Part shown: piece after piece, positions 8,164-17,907 of the stretch | Layout of the letters: each line of letters starts with the position of its first letter | Numbering within the stretch: position 1 is the first letter of the stretch | Source of the DNA: Acholeplasma laidlawii PG-8A | Lineage (GTDB): Bacteria; Bacillota_I; Bacilli_A; Acholeplasmatales; Acholeplasmataceae | Direction: 5' to 3' | NCBI RefSeq assembly: GCF_000018785.1 | Contig: NC_010163.1 | Span: 870,001-902,000 of the forward strand | Length of the DNA stretch: 32,000 bases | Position numbers and translations under genes: made by a program | The notes under the pieces: model-generated | The model's input: only the letters and a program-made list of their open reading frames with translations | What the model was told of the DNA's origin: nothing | Database searches by the model: none

Positions 8164-9926
8164 ACTAACCCCTCCCCTAATTGATGTTTTACAAGCAATT
8201 GATAAATCTCATTTGTTTTTAATAGTTCTTCGTGTGTACCTTGAGCAGCTATTCTACCATTATCAATAATAAGTATTAAATCTGCATCTTTGATAGAAGA
8301 TACACGTTGAGCAACAATAATTTTAGTTGTATCTTTAAGATGTGTTGTAATAGCAAATCTTAAGTTTTTATCTGTTCTATAATCCAGAGCAGATGAAGCA
8401 TCATCTAAAATTAAGAGTTTAGGATTGCTGGCAACAGCTCTGGCAATTAATAGTCTTTGACGTTGTCCACCTGAAATATTGGTACCACGTTGAGCAATTT
8501 CATAGTTATAAGTTTCTGGTATATCATCAATAAAGTCTGCTTGAGCAATTTCTTTTGCCATCTTTACTTGATTTGCATCAACTCCTGGTCTAGAAAATGC
8601 GATATTTTCGTGAATCGTATCCGAAAAGACTGAGTCATTTTGTAACACCAAACCAACATGTCTACGTAATTCATCACGGTTGATATTTTTAATGTCTTCT
8701 CCAAATACTTTAATCACACCTTTTTGAGGATCATAAAAGCGCATAATCAAGTTAATAATTGTAGTTTTACCACTACCTGTAGCTCCAATGATACCTAATG
8801 TTTGTCCCTTTGAAATTTTAAATGTAATATCTTCTAGGTGTGATTCTTTACCTTGGTATGAAAAATCTACATGATCAAATTCTAAATGGACTTCATCATT
8901 CATTACTAGCGGCAAATTACCATCAACCATCTGAGTTTCCATATTTAGAACTTCTACAATACGCTCAGCTGATGCAGCAGCTTTTGACATTCTAATAAAT
9001 ATACGTGTTAAAGATGCCATTGAGTTTAATATGATTGTAAAGTAAGTAATTAACGCTAAGATTTGACCTACCTTTGTAGCACCATCAGCAACTCTATATG
9101 CACCAAAGATGAGGACAATGACCAATCCAACATTCATTACGACACTAATAATAGGGCTAATCTTGTTCATAGTAATTGTAGCAATGAGTTCTTTATCTAC
9201 TGCTTTTTTGTTCTCATTCTTAAAACGTTGTTGCTCATAATCTGTCATAGATAGTGCACGCACTACACGTACCCCTGTAATATTTTCTCTTAAGACTCTA
9301 ATAATCTCATCCATTTGAACTTGAATATCTTTATAAAGTGGTTGACCTTTTTTAGAGTATTGCCATACTACAATAGAAATAAGTGGTAACATCGCAATCA
9401 TTACTAAAGTTAGGAGTGGATCCATAAACGCAGACATGATAATCCCACCAATTAATAACATTGGTGCACGTATACCTAATCGTTGTAAGGAACCTACCAT
9501 TTGGAAAATATTATAGGTATCTGATGTAAGTCTTGAAATAAGTGATGATGTTGATATTTCATCCACTTGAGAAGCACTTAACTTTTCAGTTTTATAAAAG
9601 AGCTCATTTCTAACATCTCTAACTGTTAAGCTAGATACTTTTTCTGCAGATCTATTGGCTGATATATTAAAAAACCAACCTAATAGTGCAATTAATAACA
9701 TACCAATACCGGTAAATATAAGTAACCAATAATCTGATGTAGTCACTTCAAATAAAAGTTCATCAATCATATAAGCTAATATAAAAGGCAATAATAAGTC
9801 TGCTCCGGCAGCGAGTGCCTTAACAATAAGTGAATAAATCACTTGACCCTTATATTTGCCCATTTTTCTAAATATAAATAACATGTTTACATAACCTCTG
9901 TTATTTATTTTAACATAATAATTCAA
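8160..9926 (-). CDS. ABC transporter, TM-ATPase fusion (partner exporter subunit)
   Basis: GATGSGKTT, NISGGQRQRLLIARAVASNPKLLILDDASSALD. ATGA overlap with 6373..8163. Confidence 0.93.
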   Translation of the reverse strand: MNYYVKINNRGYVNMLFIFRKMGKYKGQVIYSLIVKALAAGADLLLPFILAYMIDELLFEVTTSDYWLLIFTGIGMLLIALLGWFFNISANRSAEKVSSLTVRDVRNELFYKTEKLSASQVDEISTSSLISRLTSDTYNIFQMVGSLQRLGIRAPMLLIGGIIMSAFMDPLLTLVMIAMLPLISIVVWQYSKKGQPLYKDIQVQMDEIIRVLRENITGVRVVRALSMTDYEQQRFKNENKKAVDKELIATITMNKISPIISVVMNVGLVIVLIFGAYRVADGATKVGQILALITYFTIILNSMASLTRIFIRMSKAAASAERIVEVLNMETQMVDGNLPLVMNDEVHLEFDHVDFSYQGKESHLEDITFKISKGQTLGIIGATGSGKTTIINLIMRFYDPQKGVIKVFGEDIKNINRDELRRHVGLVLQNDSVFSDTIHENIAFSRPGVDANQVKMAKEIAQADFIDDIPETYNYEIAQRGTNISGGQRQRLLIARAVASNPKLLILDDASSALDYRTDKNLRFAITTHLKDTTKIIVAQRVSSIKDADLILIIDNGRIAAQGTHEELLKTNEIYQLLVKHQLGEGLV

Positions 9927-10666
9927 TAAATAACGTAGTTATGATGCAATCTAGCGCTTAATAGTTCATAATTTACAAAATATGAAAAATAAGGTAAATA
10001 AGTAATACCTTCACTCGTAATAACCTTTACAAAAGTAGTACTAAATAGATAATCGTTTGGTAATACTTGAATAATGATATTGTCTAAACCCAGATGAAAT
10101 GGTGTTTCATCTGGTCCAACATATATAGTATCTATTTCTGTTTTTAACGCCACATCCACAATAATTTGAAACAATCTTGGTAAATCATCTTTGATACCTT
10201 CAATACCATACCAGTGGATATGATTTGCTTGTTGTTCTGGATATTCTACATAAAGCCTACCTGCAAAGAATTCATATACGTCATGATGATAGTTTAGTTT
10301 AATATACAACTTATCCATCAAGTAGGTTGCATCAATTTCAGGTAGTTTTAGTATGAGTTCGTATCCATAGTAAGTTTTATCTTGATACTGCTCATTGTGA
10401 TATGTATCAATATACACTTCTTCTATTTGAAACTTAATCGTTTCATCGGCATTATATATGAACGTACTTAAGATCATTTGTTCATCTAAAATATCTTTTT
10501 TAGTAGAAAAATACTTCATGCTGATCGTTTTATCTTGTTCAAATAAAATATAATGCGATTCTGGTACGACTAATATTTCATCCAGTCCCTTTTTGGGTAA
10601 GTATAAATATATAAGTATAGCCACCAAAGTTATCATGATGATACTAAATGTAATGTATTTTCTCAT
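9923..10666 (-). CDS. Hypothetical protein with single N-terminal TM/signal anchor, in the exporter operon
   Basis: MRKYITFSIIMITLVAILIYLYL hydrophobic N-terminus. 4-nt overlaps on both sides. Confidence 0.75.
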   Translation of the reverse strand: MRKYITFSIIMITLVAILIYLYLPKKGLDEILVVPESHYILFEQDKTISMKYFSTKKDILDEQMILSTFIYNADETIKFQIEEVYIDTYHNEQYQDKTYYGYELILKLPEIDATYLMDKLYIKLNYHHDVYEFFAGRLYVEYPEQQANHIHWYGIEGIKDDLPRLFQIIVDVALKTEIDTIYVGPDETPFHLGLDNIIIQVLPNDYLFSTTFVKVITSEGITYLPYFSYFVNYELLSARLHHNYVIY

Positions 10667-11283
10667 ATCGGTGTAATTTCTAATCGCTGATAGTGGGTTG
10701 TTACTACAAAGATCTCAAACCCACCTTTAGCAATTTCAATCCAAAATAAGTAGTTTTTTGCAACCCCATTTGTAATTTTACCTTCACCATAAAGATAAAG
10801 TACCATTTGTGTAGTTGGCTCTATAGAAACTTTAATATCAAAAGTTTCTATATCTTCTGTCTTATTATCATAGACATAGTCCATATTTAAGGAAGCAGTA
10901 AGTCCACTACCAAATACTTTATTATCTTTTTGAGTTTGTAGTTTGACACCACCACTGACCTTTAAGGTGTATGAACTAATTGTCTTCTTACTTGCTTTAT
11001 AATTATATGTAATGGGTGATTTTCCGTTGTTGTAATAACTAAAAAGTGTTTCAGATGTATAAGTAACTTTCATATTTTCTGTGACATAATAATGTTTCCA
11101 TCCAGCAAATTTATTACGCCCTAACTCTTTATAGGCATAATCATAATCTGATGGGGTAAACTCATCTAATAGCTTATTTGTACCTACTTTTGTAAAATCT
11201 TGAAAATCTGCATAACCAAAACTCGTTTGAGTACTTAATGTGATAAGTACAACCAGCAATAAACATATTAACTTAGTTTTCAT
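10663..11283 (-). CDS. Predicted secreted beta-rich hypothetical protein, first gene of exporter operon
   Basis: Signal peptide MKTKLICLLLVVLITLSTQTSFGYA. Ser/Thr-alternating beta-like body (YYNNGKSPITYNYKASKKTISSYTLKVSGGVKLQ). Confidence 0.75.
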   Translation of the reverse strand: MKTKLICLLLVVLITLSTQTSFGYADFQDFTKVGTNKLLDEFTPSDYDYAYKELGRNKFAGWKHYYVTENMKVTYTSETLFSYYNNGKSPITYNYKASKKTISSYTLKVSGGVKLQTQKDNKVFGSGLTASLNMDYVYDNKTEDIETFDIKVSIEPTTQMVLYLYGEGKITNGVAKNYLFWIEIAKGGFEIFVVTTHYQRLEITPI

Positions 11284-11284
11284 T

Positions 11285-11316
11285 AAAAAAATCCTCCTAC
11301 TTTATAGTAGAAGGAT
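11285..11316 (-). terminator. Terminator-like hairpin downstream of the M24 peptidase gene whose 3' arm contains the Shine-Dalgarno of the next gene
   Basis: Minus ATCCTTCTAC-TATAAA-GTAGGAGGAT-TTTTTT AATG. ATG at 11283. Confidence 0.8.
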
Positions 11317-11332
11317 TCCTTAATTTTGACTT

Positions 11333-12589
11333 TTATTTCATGAAAGCTTCGATATCTTTAACTTCTTTAATGATATCACTTGATAAATTGATACATCCAT
11401 CTTCAGTTAATAACAGATCATCTTCAATACGGATACCAATACCCTCTTCTGCAATATAAAGTCCTGGTTCAACCGTAATGACTTGACCGACTTTAAATGG
11501 TTTTGTAGGATCTCCTACATCATGTACATCAAGGCCAAGTGGATGTCCTAAGCCATGATAGTAATATTTAATGATTTCAGCATCTTCTTTAATTAATCCT
11601 AAATCTTTAGCTGCCTGAGTTAAGAGTTCTTTACCTTTTTGATTGTATTCAAATTGAGTAACACCCGCTTTAACCCAGTTAATGATGTCCTTATTAACTT
11701 TAAGCACTGCCTCATACACTTCTTTTTGGCGTGGACTAAATTTCCCACTTGCAGGATAAGTTCTCGTAATATCAGATGCGTATTGATTGTATCTTACACC
11801 TAAGTCTAATAATACTAAATCGTCTTCATGAATCGTATCATTATTCTTTTCATAGTGAAGAATTGTTCCATTTTTACCACTTGCAATAATTTCATTAAAA
11901 CTTGGTTTAGTTTGATTTTTATTTAAAACATAATTAAATTCAGCATAAAGGTCCGCTTCATTTGTAGCTGTTTTAAGTGCATTTAATAGTGCAGTATTTG
12001 CTAGATTAGATACATGAATTGCACCTTTAATGGCTGCAACCTCACTGCTATCTTTACTACTTCTTAAATCAGCAATCATACCTTGTGCATTTTTAATATT
12101 AATATGTGGGTATGTTTTACTAAATTCACTTGCTTTTTTCTCACCAAGTAGTGGATTATCCATTGGACTTTGACGTTCAATATCAAAATACACTTTATCT
12201 ACTGTACCAAATAGTGCACGTCTTGTTTGAGTTAATAGTTGGGCAAAGAAACTGTCAAACTGTGCAATATCAATAATATTAGATAATGGAATACCTGATA
12301 ACTTACTTGCTTCTTCAAAACTTAAGGAAGCGCCTACCCATAATGCTTCTACTGGATCAATTTTTTTGATAAATAAATAACTATCTGTTAAGTGAGGTGA
12401 TTTACCCATAAGTAAAACAGCACCTGCTTGGTCAATATTTGTTAAGTACCAAAAGTTTTTATTGACCATAAATGGATAATAAGAATCATTTGATAAATGT
12501 GGTGCATGTCCTGCATACAATACAGTTAAACTATTTTCTTCAACTTGATTTAAATAATTGTTTCTACGTGTCTTAAACATATGTAACAC
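11333..12589 (-). CDS. pepP: Xaa-Pro aminopeptidase / M24 family metallopeptidase with AMP_N domain
   Basis: LLDLGVRYNQYASDITRTYPASGKFS, HGLGHPLGLDVHD, VEPGLYI and GIRIEDDLLLTEDG metal-ligand motifs. Confidence 0.9.
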   Translation of the reverse strand: MLHMFKTRRNNYLNQVEENSLTVLYAGHAPHLSNDSYYPFMVNKNFWYLTNIDQAGAVLLMGKSPHLTDSYLFIKKIDPVEALWVGASLSFEEASKLSGIPLSNIIDIAQFDSFFAQLLTQTRRALFGTVDKVYFDIERQSPMDNPLLGEKKASEFSKTYPHINIKNAQGMIADLRSSKDSSEVAAIKGAIHVSNLANTALLNALKTATNEADLYAEFNYVLNKNQTKPSFNEIIASGKNGTILHYEKNNDTIHEDDLVLLDLGVRYNQYASDITRTYPASGKFSPRQKEVYEAVLKVNKDIINWVKAGVTQFEYNQKGKELLTQAAKDLGLIKEDAEIIKYYYHGLGHPLGLDVHDVGDPTKPFKVGQVITVEPGLYIAEEGIGIRIEDDLLLTEDGCINLSSDIIKEVKDIEAFMK

Positions 12590-12596
12590 TCCTTAT

Positions 12597-14231
12597 TTAT
12601 ATCTGATTTATAAACGCCATAATGGCTGTTTTTAAATCGCTAATTTTTTGTTTAGATGCTGCATGACTCGTCGTTTTAACTGAGATATAAATCTTTAATT
12701 TAGGCTCAGTACCACTTGGTCTAAAGATAATAAAGCCTTGATCACTTTCAAACTTCAATACATTAGATGGCGGTAGTACAATATCATGAGGATGTATCAT
12801 ACCTTTACTAAAGTCAATTTTCTTTTTAACTTCAAAGCCATCAATTTTGATACCATGTAGTCTAACATAGTCCGTAATTTGGATAATACGTTTAGATCCT
12901 TCAATACCTTTTAAAGTTAAATTGATGGTGTCTTCAAGATAATATCCGAATATATGATAAATTTCGTCTAAATAGTCTTTAACAGTAAGATTTCTAGATT
13001 TTAAAGTATTTAGTATTTCAGCCAATAAGTATACTGCTTGAACAGCATCTTTATCTCTTACAAAATCAGATACTAAACTACCATAGGATTCTTCACATCC
13101 GAAGATGTAAGGTAGTTTACCTTGATTTTTTTCTGCTTGTTCACCAATAAATTTAAAACCTGTCAAAGTTTCTCCAACCTTTTGGTTGTATTTATGTGCA
13201 ATATCTTTAAGTAAATGAGATGATACTACCGTTGTATAAACAATACCTGAAGGTTGCTTCTTTTCACTTAAGATGTAATATAACATCATCGATGCTGTTT
13301 GATTACCATTTAAAATGTGATAGTCATCATTTAGTTTATATGCAACACCCAATCTATCAGCATCTGGGTCTGTAACAAAGATGACATCTGCATCTTTTTT
13401 TCTAGCAAGCTCAATCGTTTTTTCATAAGCGATATGATCTTCTGGGTTTGATGATTTCGTATGACTAAATTCAGGGTCTACCTTCATTTGATTTGGTTCC
13501 CTATAAACGGTGTAACCTGTCTTATCAAGGAGTTTTGGTATCACAGTACCACCAGTTCCGTGAAGTGGTGAGTAAACGATTTTTAAGTCTTTTTCATCAT
13601 GTCTTACAGCTATTTTTTCTACTTCATTTAAGTAAATATCATCAATTTCATCACCGATCCAGTGAATGAGGTCATTATCTAGCGTACCAATATGAAATGG
13701 TGATGCAATCTTACTAATTTCTTCAATGACTTTATTAGATTCATCGGTTGATAACTGTGCACCTGTATCATTATATGCTTTAAATCCATTATATTCTTTT
13801 GGATTATGAGATGCTGTTAACATGATACCTGCTGAAGTTTTAAAGTGTCTGACTAAATAACTTAACATTGGGGTAGGTCTTAATGCTTTATAGATATAAG
13901 ATTTAATACCATTAAATGCTAGTACTTTTGCAGCTTCGTATGCAAATTCATAAGAACCATAACGATTATCATATGAAATAGCTACACCATTTAATTTATG
14001 TTCACTTTTTAAGTAATTCGCAAATCCTAATGTTACACGTTGAATCGTATATTTATTAATACGATTTGGTCCTAAACCTAAAATACCTCTGATACCACCT
14101 GTTCCAAAGCTTAATTCTTGGTAAAAAGATTCTTCTTTTTCTTTTTCATCCATGGAAAGTAGTGTTTGTTTTTCTTTTTCTGATAAGGCATTTCCATTTA
14201 ACCAAATCTTATAATTATCTTGATATGTCAT
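12597..14231 (-). CDS. pgcA: Phosphoglucomutase/phosphomannomutase
   Basis: GTGGIRGILG, TASHNPKEYNGFKAY active site, DPDADRLG, RPSGTEPKLKIY. Confidence 0.93.
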   Translation of the reverse strand: MTYQDNYKIWLNGNALSEKEKQTLLSMDEKEKEESFYQELSFGTGGIRGILGLGPNRINKYTIQRVTLGFANYLKSEHKLNGVAISYDNRYGSYEFAYEAAKVLAFNGIKSYIYKALRPTPMLSYLVRHFKTSAGIMLTASHNPKEYNGFKAYNDTGAQLSTDESNKVIEEISKIASPFHIGTLDNDLIHWIGDEIDDIYLNEVEKIAVRHDEKDLKIVYSPLHGTGGTVIPKLLDKTGYTVYREPNQMKVDPEFSHTKSSNPEDHIAYEKTIELARKKDADVIFVTDPDADRLGVAYKLNDDYHILNGNQTASMMLYYILSEKKQPSGIVYTTVVSSHLLKDIAHKYNQKVGETLTGFKFIGEQAEKNQGKLPYIFGCEESYGSLVSDFVRDKDAVQAVYLLAEILNTLKSRNLTVKDYLDEIYHIFGYYLEDTINLTLKGIEGSKRIIQITDYVRLHGIKIDGFEVKKKIDFSKGMIHPHDIVLPPSNVLKFESDQGFIIFRPSGTEPKLKIYISVKTTSHAASKQKISDLKTAIMAFINQI

Positions 14232-14246
14232 ATTTCATATCCCCTA

Positions 14247-14990
14247 TTACTTTATATTTTTCTTATAGATATTAAGTAATCCTTTTAATACAAGCTCTTT
14301 ATCTTGCTTAATATCTAACCTAATGTGTTCTAAGATTAAACTAGATAGGCCACCAGTGATGATTACATCAAAATCTTCGCCTACCTCTTCTCTAATACGG
14401 CCAAACATACCTTCAATCATAACAATAGTCCCGTAGACAACACCTGATTGAATACAGTGAATCGTATTATTGCCTAAATATTTTTTAGGTACTTTAATAT
14501 CCACTTCATGTAAGAGTGCAGTATTTCCATCTAGCGCATGAATCGATAGTTGAAGACCTGGTGCAATAATAACACCAGTTATCATTTGGTTTTTTACATA
14601 GATTAATTTGTTGGCAGTACCTAAGTCTATAATCAGTGTTGGATGTGGGTTATCTAAACCTGCAGCATTTGCGATTAAGTCTGCACCAACTTCTCTAGGG
14701 TTATCTGCTTTGACAAAAATACCAGTTTTTGTGCCTGGTTCAATAACGACTGGTTTTAGTTTTAAATATTTTTCAGTTAATGCAATTAAAGCTTGTGTAA
14801 CAAGCGGTACGACTGAACCAATAATAACGCCAGTAATGACATTTGGATCAATAAAAGATTTTAATGTGACAAAATATTCATCCGGTGATTTATGGATATC
14901 GGTATTCATTCTAAATGTCTCATCAATGTTTGTACCATTGGATAAACCTGTATAAATACTAGTATTACCTACATCAAATAATATAATCAT
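14247..14990 (-). CDS. coaX: Type III pantothenate kinase
   Basis: MIILFDVGNTSIYTGL, VGADLIANAAG, LIIDLGTANK, GVIIAPGLQLS. Confidence 0.93.
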   Translation of the reverse strand: MIILFDVGNTSIYTGLSNGTNIDETFRMNTDIHKSPDEYFVTLKSFIDPNVITGVIIGSVVPLVTQALIALTEKYLKLKPVVIEPGTKTGIFVKADNPREVGADLIANAAGLDNPHPTLIIDLGTANKLIYVKNQMITGVIIAPGLQLSIHALDGNTALLHEVDIKVPKKYLGNNTIHCIQSGVVYGTIVMIEGMFGRIREEVGEDFDVIITGGLSSLILEHIRLDIKQDKELVLKGLLNIYKKNIK

Positions 14991-15006
14991 ATTTTTTAAC
15001 CTCTTA

Positions 15007-15630
15007 TTATATTTTACCTTGTTTTTTCCATTTTATATAAAATGGATTGTTTTTACGTTCATTTCTTATTGTTGAAGCATCATCATGGCCAGGTTTAATG
15101 ATGATATTGTCATTTAGATCATCAATAAGCTTTAATACACTGCGTTTTAAATCAAATAAGTTGCCACTATATAAATCATGTCTACCGACACTTTCTTTAA
15201 AAAGTGTATCACCTGTAAATATATATTTTTGATATAAAAACGAAACAGAACCTTTTGTATGTCCTGGTGTATGAAAAACAACCACCTCATGATCTGCCAG
15301 TGGAATTTTTACTTGATCTTCAATCGTTTGAATGTTTAGTTGTTTACGTACATATGGTCTTGGATTATCTTTTGAATACCCATTATATTTATCTTCGAAA
15401 AGTAATGCTGCATCATCACTGTGCACATAAATTGGCACATTAAATAGATGAATAAGTGATGTATGATCACTATGAGCATGTGTAAGTAGGATGCCATCAA
15501 GTATCTGGTCTCCTAATTTAGATTCTATTTCACTATAATTTATATTGGGATCAATTAATAAACAATGACCAAATCTACAAATCATGTATGCATGAGCATA
15601 TGATTCATTACCGTTAAATGTATATATCAT
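15007..15630 (-). CDS. MBL-fold metallo-hydrolase
   Basis: LTHAHSDHTSL, VFHTPGHTKGSVSF, FTGDTLF, IKPGHDDAS metal-binding motifs. Confidence 0.9.
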   Translation of the reverse strand: MIYTFNGNESYAHAYMICRFGHCLLIDPNINYSEIESKLGDQILDGILLTHAHSDHTSLIHLFNVPIYVHSDDAALLFEDKYNGYSKDNPRPYVRKQLNIQTIEDQVKIPLADHEVVVFHTPGHTKGSVSFLYQKYIFTGDTLFKESVGRHDLYSGNLFDLKRSVLKLIDDLNDNIIIKPGHDDASTIRNERKNNPFYIKWKKQGKI

Positions 15631-15642
15631 GTCTTATAAATA

Positions 15643-15669
15643 GAAAAAAAACTATACTAAAGATAGTTT
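15643..15669 (-). terminator. Intrinsic terminator after rpmG
   Basis: Minus AAACTAT-CTTTAGT-ATAGTTTTTTTC; the stem overlaps the rpmG stop codon. Confidence 0.7.
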
Positions 15670-15817
15670 ATTTCTTTTCTCTATGAAGCGTATACTTTCT
15701 TGTACGTGGGCAATACTTACTCATTTCCAAACGATCTGGTGTTGTCTTTTTATTCTTAGTTGTGTGATAGTTCTCATCGCCACATTCTGTACAAACTAAT
15801 TTTACTAATTCACGCAT
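15668..15817 (-). CDS. rpmG: 50S ribosomal protein L33 (Cys-containing zinc-ribbon form); absent from the ORF track because it is only 49 aa
   Basis: [49 protein letters not shown], with GGAGGGATG ribosome-binding region upstream. Confidence 0.95.
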   Translation of the reverse strand: MRELVKLVCTECGDENYHTTKNKKTTPDRLEMSKYCPRTRKYTLHREKK

Positions 15818-15889
15818 GAATCATCCCTCCAAACTTGCAATATTAAGTATAACAAAATTAAATAGATTTATCAACTTAAAAATATATAT

Positions 15890-17425
15890 TTATGATAAAT
15901 GAATTTCATAGTCACATATTTCTTCATAAAATGATTTTTCATGTGAAACTAAAATAACGGTTCCTGGATATTTTATCAAAGCTTCTTTTAAAACAAGCTT
16001 CGCATGCTTATCTAAATGATTTGTAGGCTCATCAAGAATAATTACGTTAGATTTATGTGTTCTTGTCAGTGCAAACTTCACCTTTGTTTTTTCACCACCA
16101 GAGAGCGTTCCAAGCGCTCTAGAGGCCATATCAAAGGTAATACCAAACTGTGCTAGAATCGATAAAATATCTTTTCTATCAAGTTCTGGGTTTTCATGAT
16201 GCACTAATTCAAATGGTGTATATTTATCCTCTAGATTAATATCTTGTTCATAATATAATATTTGTGTATTATCAATCCAGTCAAAGCTGCCTTCAAGTGG
16301 TGGGATAATACCCATTAAGGTTTTAATCATGGTCGATTTACCAACTCCGTTTTTACCTGTTATAGCAACTTTCTCACCTTTTCTTACAATGAACTCGATA
16401 GGTTCTACTAAAGGTGTTTCATAGCCAATACTTAAGTCTTTAACCTTTAATACTTCTCTACCAACTGAATTACCATATAAAAACTCAATATGGATCTTTT
16501 TATCAAGCACTGGTTTGTGCACTCTAACAAGTTTTTTTAGCATTTTACGTCTTGATTGTGCCATTTTTGTTGTTGAAGCGCGTACAATGTTACGCTTGAT
16601 ATAATCTTCTGTTTTTTCAATAAACTTTTGTTGGGCTTGATATGTTTTTTGTTGTGTCTGAACACGTAATTGATGTTCATTTAAATAAAACTCGAAATTA
16701 CCTTTATATCTTAATATCGTTTTACCTTCTACCGCAAATACAGTTGTAGCAATCTGTCTTAAGAAATACTCATCATGACTCACAACGATAAAAGCTTTAT
16801 TAAATCCATTTAAAAACTTAATTAACCAGTCTATATGTTTGATATCTAAAAAGTTTGTTGGTTCGTCTAATAATAAAACATCACAATCTTCTAAGAGTAG
16901 CTTACCTAAAATAATTTTAGCGCGCATACCACCAGATAATGTTTTAATTTGTTGGTCTAATACTTCCATATTTAGACCCAAACCATTGATAATATTGGAA
17001 ATAGTGGATGAAATCGCATAAAAGTTATCCTTTTGTAATTCTTCTTCTAAACGATGTGCTCTGTTTAAAATTTTATCGTAATCTTTTGGATCAGCTGTCC
17101 CAATAGATTCATATAAGGTTTGAATGAGCTCTTCTTTTTCAAATAATGGCAAGAATACATCATATAAGTACGATTTAACTGTAAGTTTATCATCGATTTT
17201 GGCATATTGGTCAAGATAACCTACCTTTTGCCCACTCAGCCAAGAAACCTCACCTTTATCCGGTGAAAGATTTTTACTTAGTATTTTTAATAAGGTAGAT
17301 TTACCCGCACCATTTTTACCTACTAATACAGCGTGTTCACCTTCAAAAAGACGCAAATTAGCGTCTTCATAAAGTAAATCATTGTCATATGAAAATGTTA
17401 AATTTGTAACATCAAGTAAACTCAT
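15890..17425 (-). CDS. ABC-F family ATP-binding protein
   Basis: Duplicated ATPase domains (GKNGAGKSTLLK, LSGGMRAKI, LLLDEPTNFLD; GKNGVGKSTMIK, LSGGEKTKVKFAL, IILDEPTNHLD), no TM domain, coiled linker. Confidence 0.93.
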   Translation of the reverse strand: MSLLDVTNLTFSYDNDLLYEDANLRLFEGEHAVLVGKNGAGKSTLLKILSKNLSPDKGEVSWLSGQKVGYLDQYAKIDDKLTVKSYLYDVFLPLFEKEELIQTLYESIGTADPKDYDKILNRAHRLEEELQKDNFYAISSTISNIINGLGLNMEVLDQQIKTLSGGMRAKIILGKLLLEDCDVLLLDEPTNFLDIKHIDWLIKFLNGFNKAFIVVSHDEYFLRQIATTVFAVEGKTILRYKGNFEFYLNEHQLRVQTQQKTYQAQQKFIEKTEDYIKRNIVRASTTKMAQSRRKMLKKLVRVHKPVLDKKIHIEFLYGNSVGREVLKVKDLSIGYETPLVEPIEFIVRKGEKVAITGKNGVGKSTMIKTLMGIIPPLEGSFDWIDNTQILYYEQDINLEDKYTPFELVHHENPELDRKDILSILAQFGITFDMASRALGTLSGGEKTKVKFALTRTHKSNVIILDEPTNHLDKHAKLVLKEALIKYPGTVILVSHEKSFYEEICDYEIHLS

Positions 17426-17907
17426 TATAGTCCTTCTTTTAATACAGTATCCAGTTCATTAAATGGTATAACATGCATATCCCAAATACGTTCATTAGGT
17501 TTAGTGAAACGTACATCACTTTCATCGTAATGATAAGTAAATGGTCCTTCATTAGGATATATGATTACAATTTTTCTGTTAGGCATTTTAGAAAAGATGG
17601 TTTGATCGGTATAAAATTTCTTTTGACCTATCTTCTTTTCCCAAATAGTTCTAGAGTTAAATTGAAATTTTGCATATTTTTGAACCTTTATCATTATAAC
17701 ACTATATGTTAGACCTTGATAGTCATAAGATAAGTATAAACCTTCTTCATGTAGTGTGCCATGTGTTTCTAATATCGATTTAATTTCTTGTATATTTAGT
17801 GATTGTTTTTCCAAGTATTTACTGACACCATAATAAGCACCATAAATTAATAATATAGCAGCAGCGCCAATAATTATGTATAAATACATATCTGTAATGT
17901 CTGTCAT
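17425..17907 (-). CDS. Hypothetical protein with one N-terminal TM helix
   Basis: 160 aa, MYLYIIIGAAAILLIYGAYYGV. Overlaps both neighbours (17425; 17904..17907). Confidence 0.75.
   Translation of the reverse strand: MTDITDMYLYIIIGAAAILLIYGAYYGVSKYLEKQSLNIQEIKSILETHGTLHEEGLYLSYDYQGLTYSVIMIKVQKYAKFQFNSRTIWEKKIGQKKFYTDQTIFSKMPNRKIVIIYPNEGPFTYHYDESDVRFTKPNERIWDMHVIPFNELDTVLKEGL

Noticed and set aside
9063-9254. Plus-strand 63-aa ORF inside the ABC transporter gene
   Set aside because: Antisense shadow ORF of a well-supported CDS.
14608-14955. Plus-strand 115-aa ORF over coaX
   Set aside because: Antisense shadow of coaX, which has clear motifs on the other strand.
15007-17425. Possible antibiotic-resistance cluster (MBL hydrolase plus ABC-F)
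   Set aside because: The MBL protein looks like a glyoxalase-II-type hydrolase and ABC-F proteins are ubiquitous; nothing indicates resistance specificity.
17473-17712. Plus-strand 79-aa ORF
   Set aside because: Antisense to the coupled 160-aa minus-strand gene; no Shine-Dalgarno or family.
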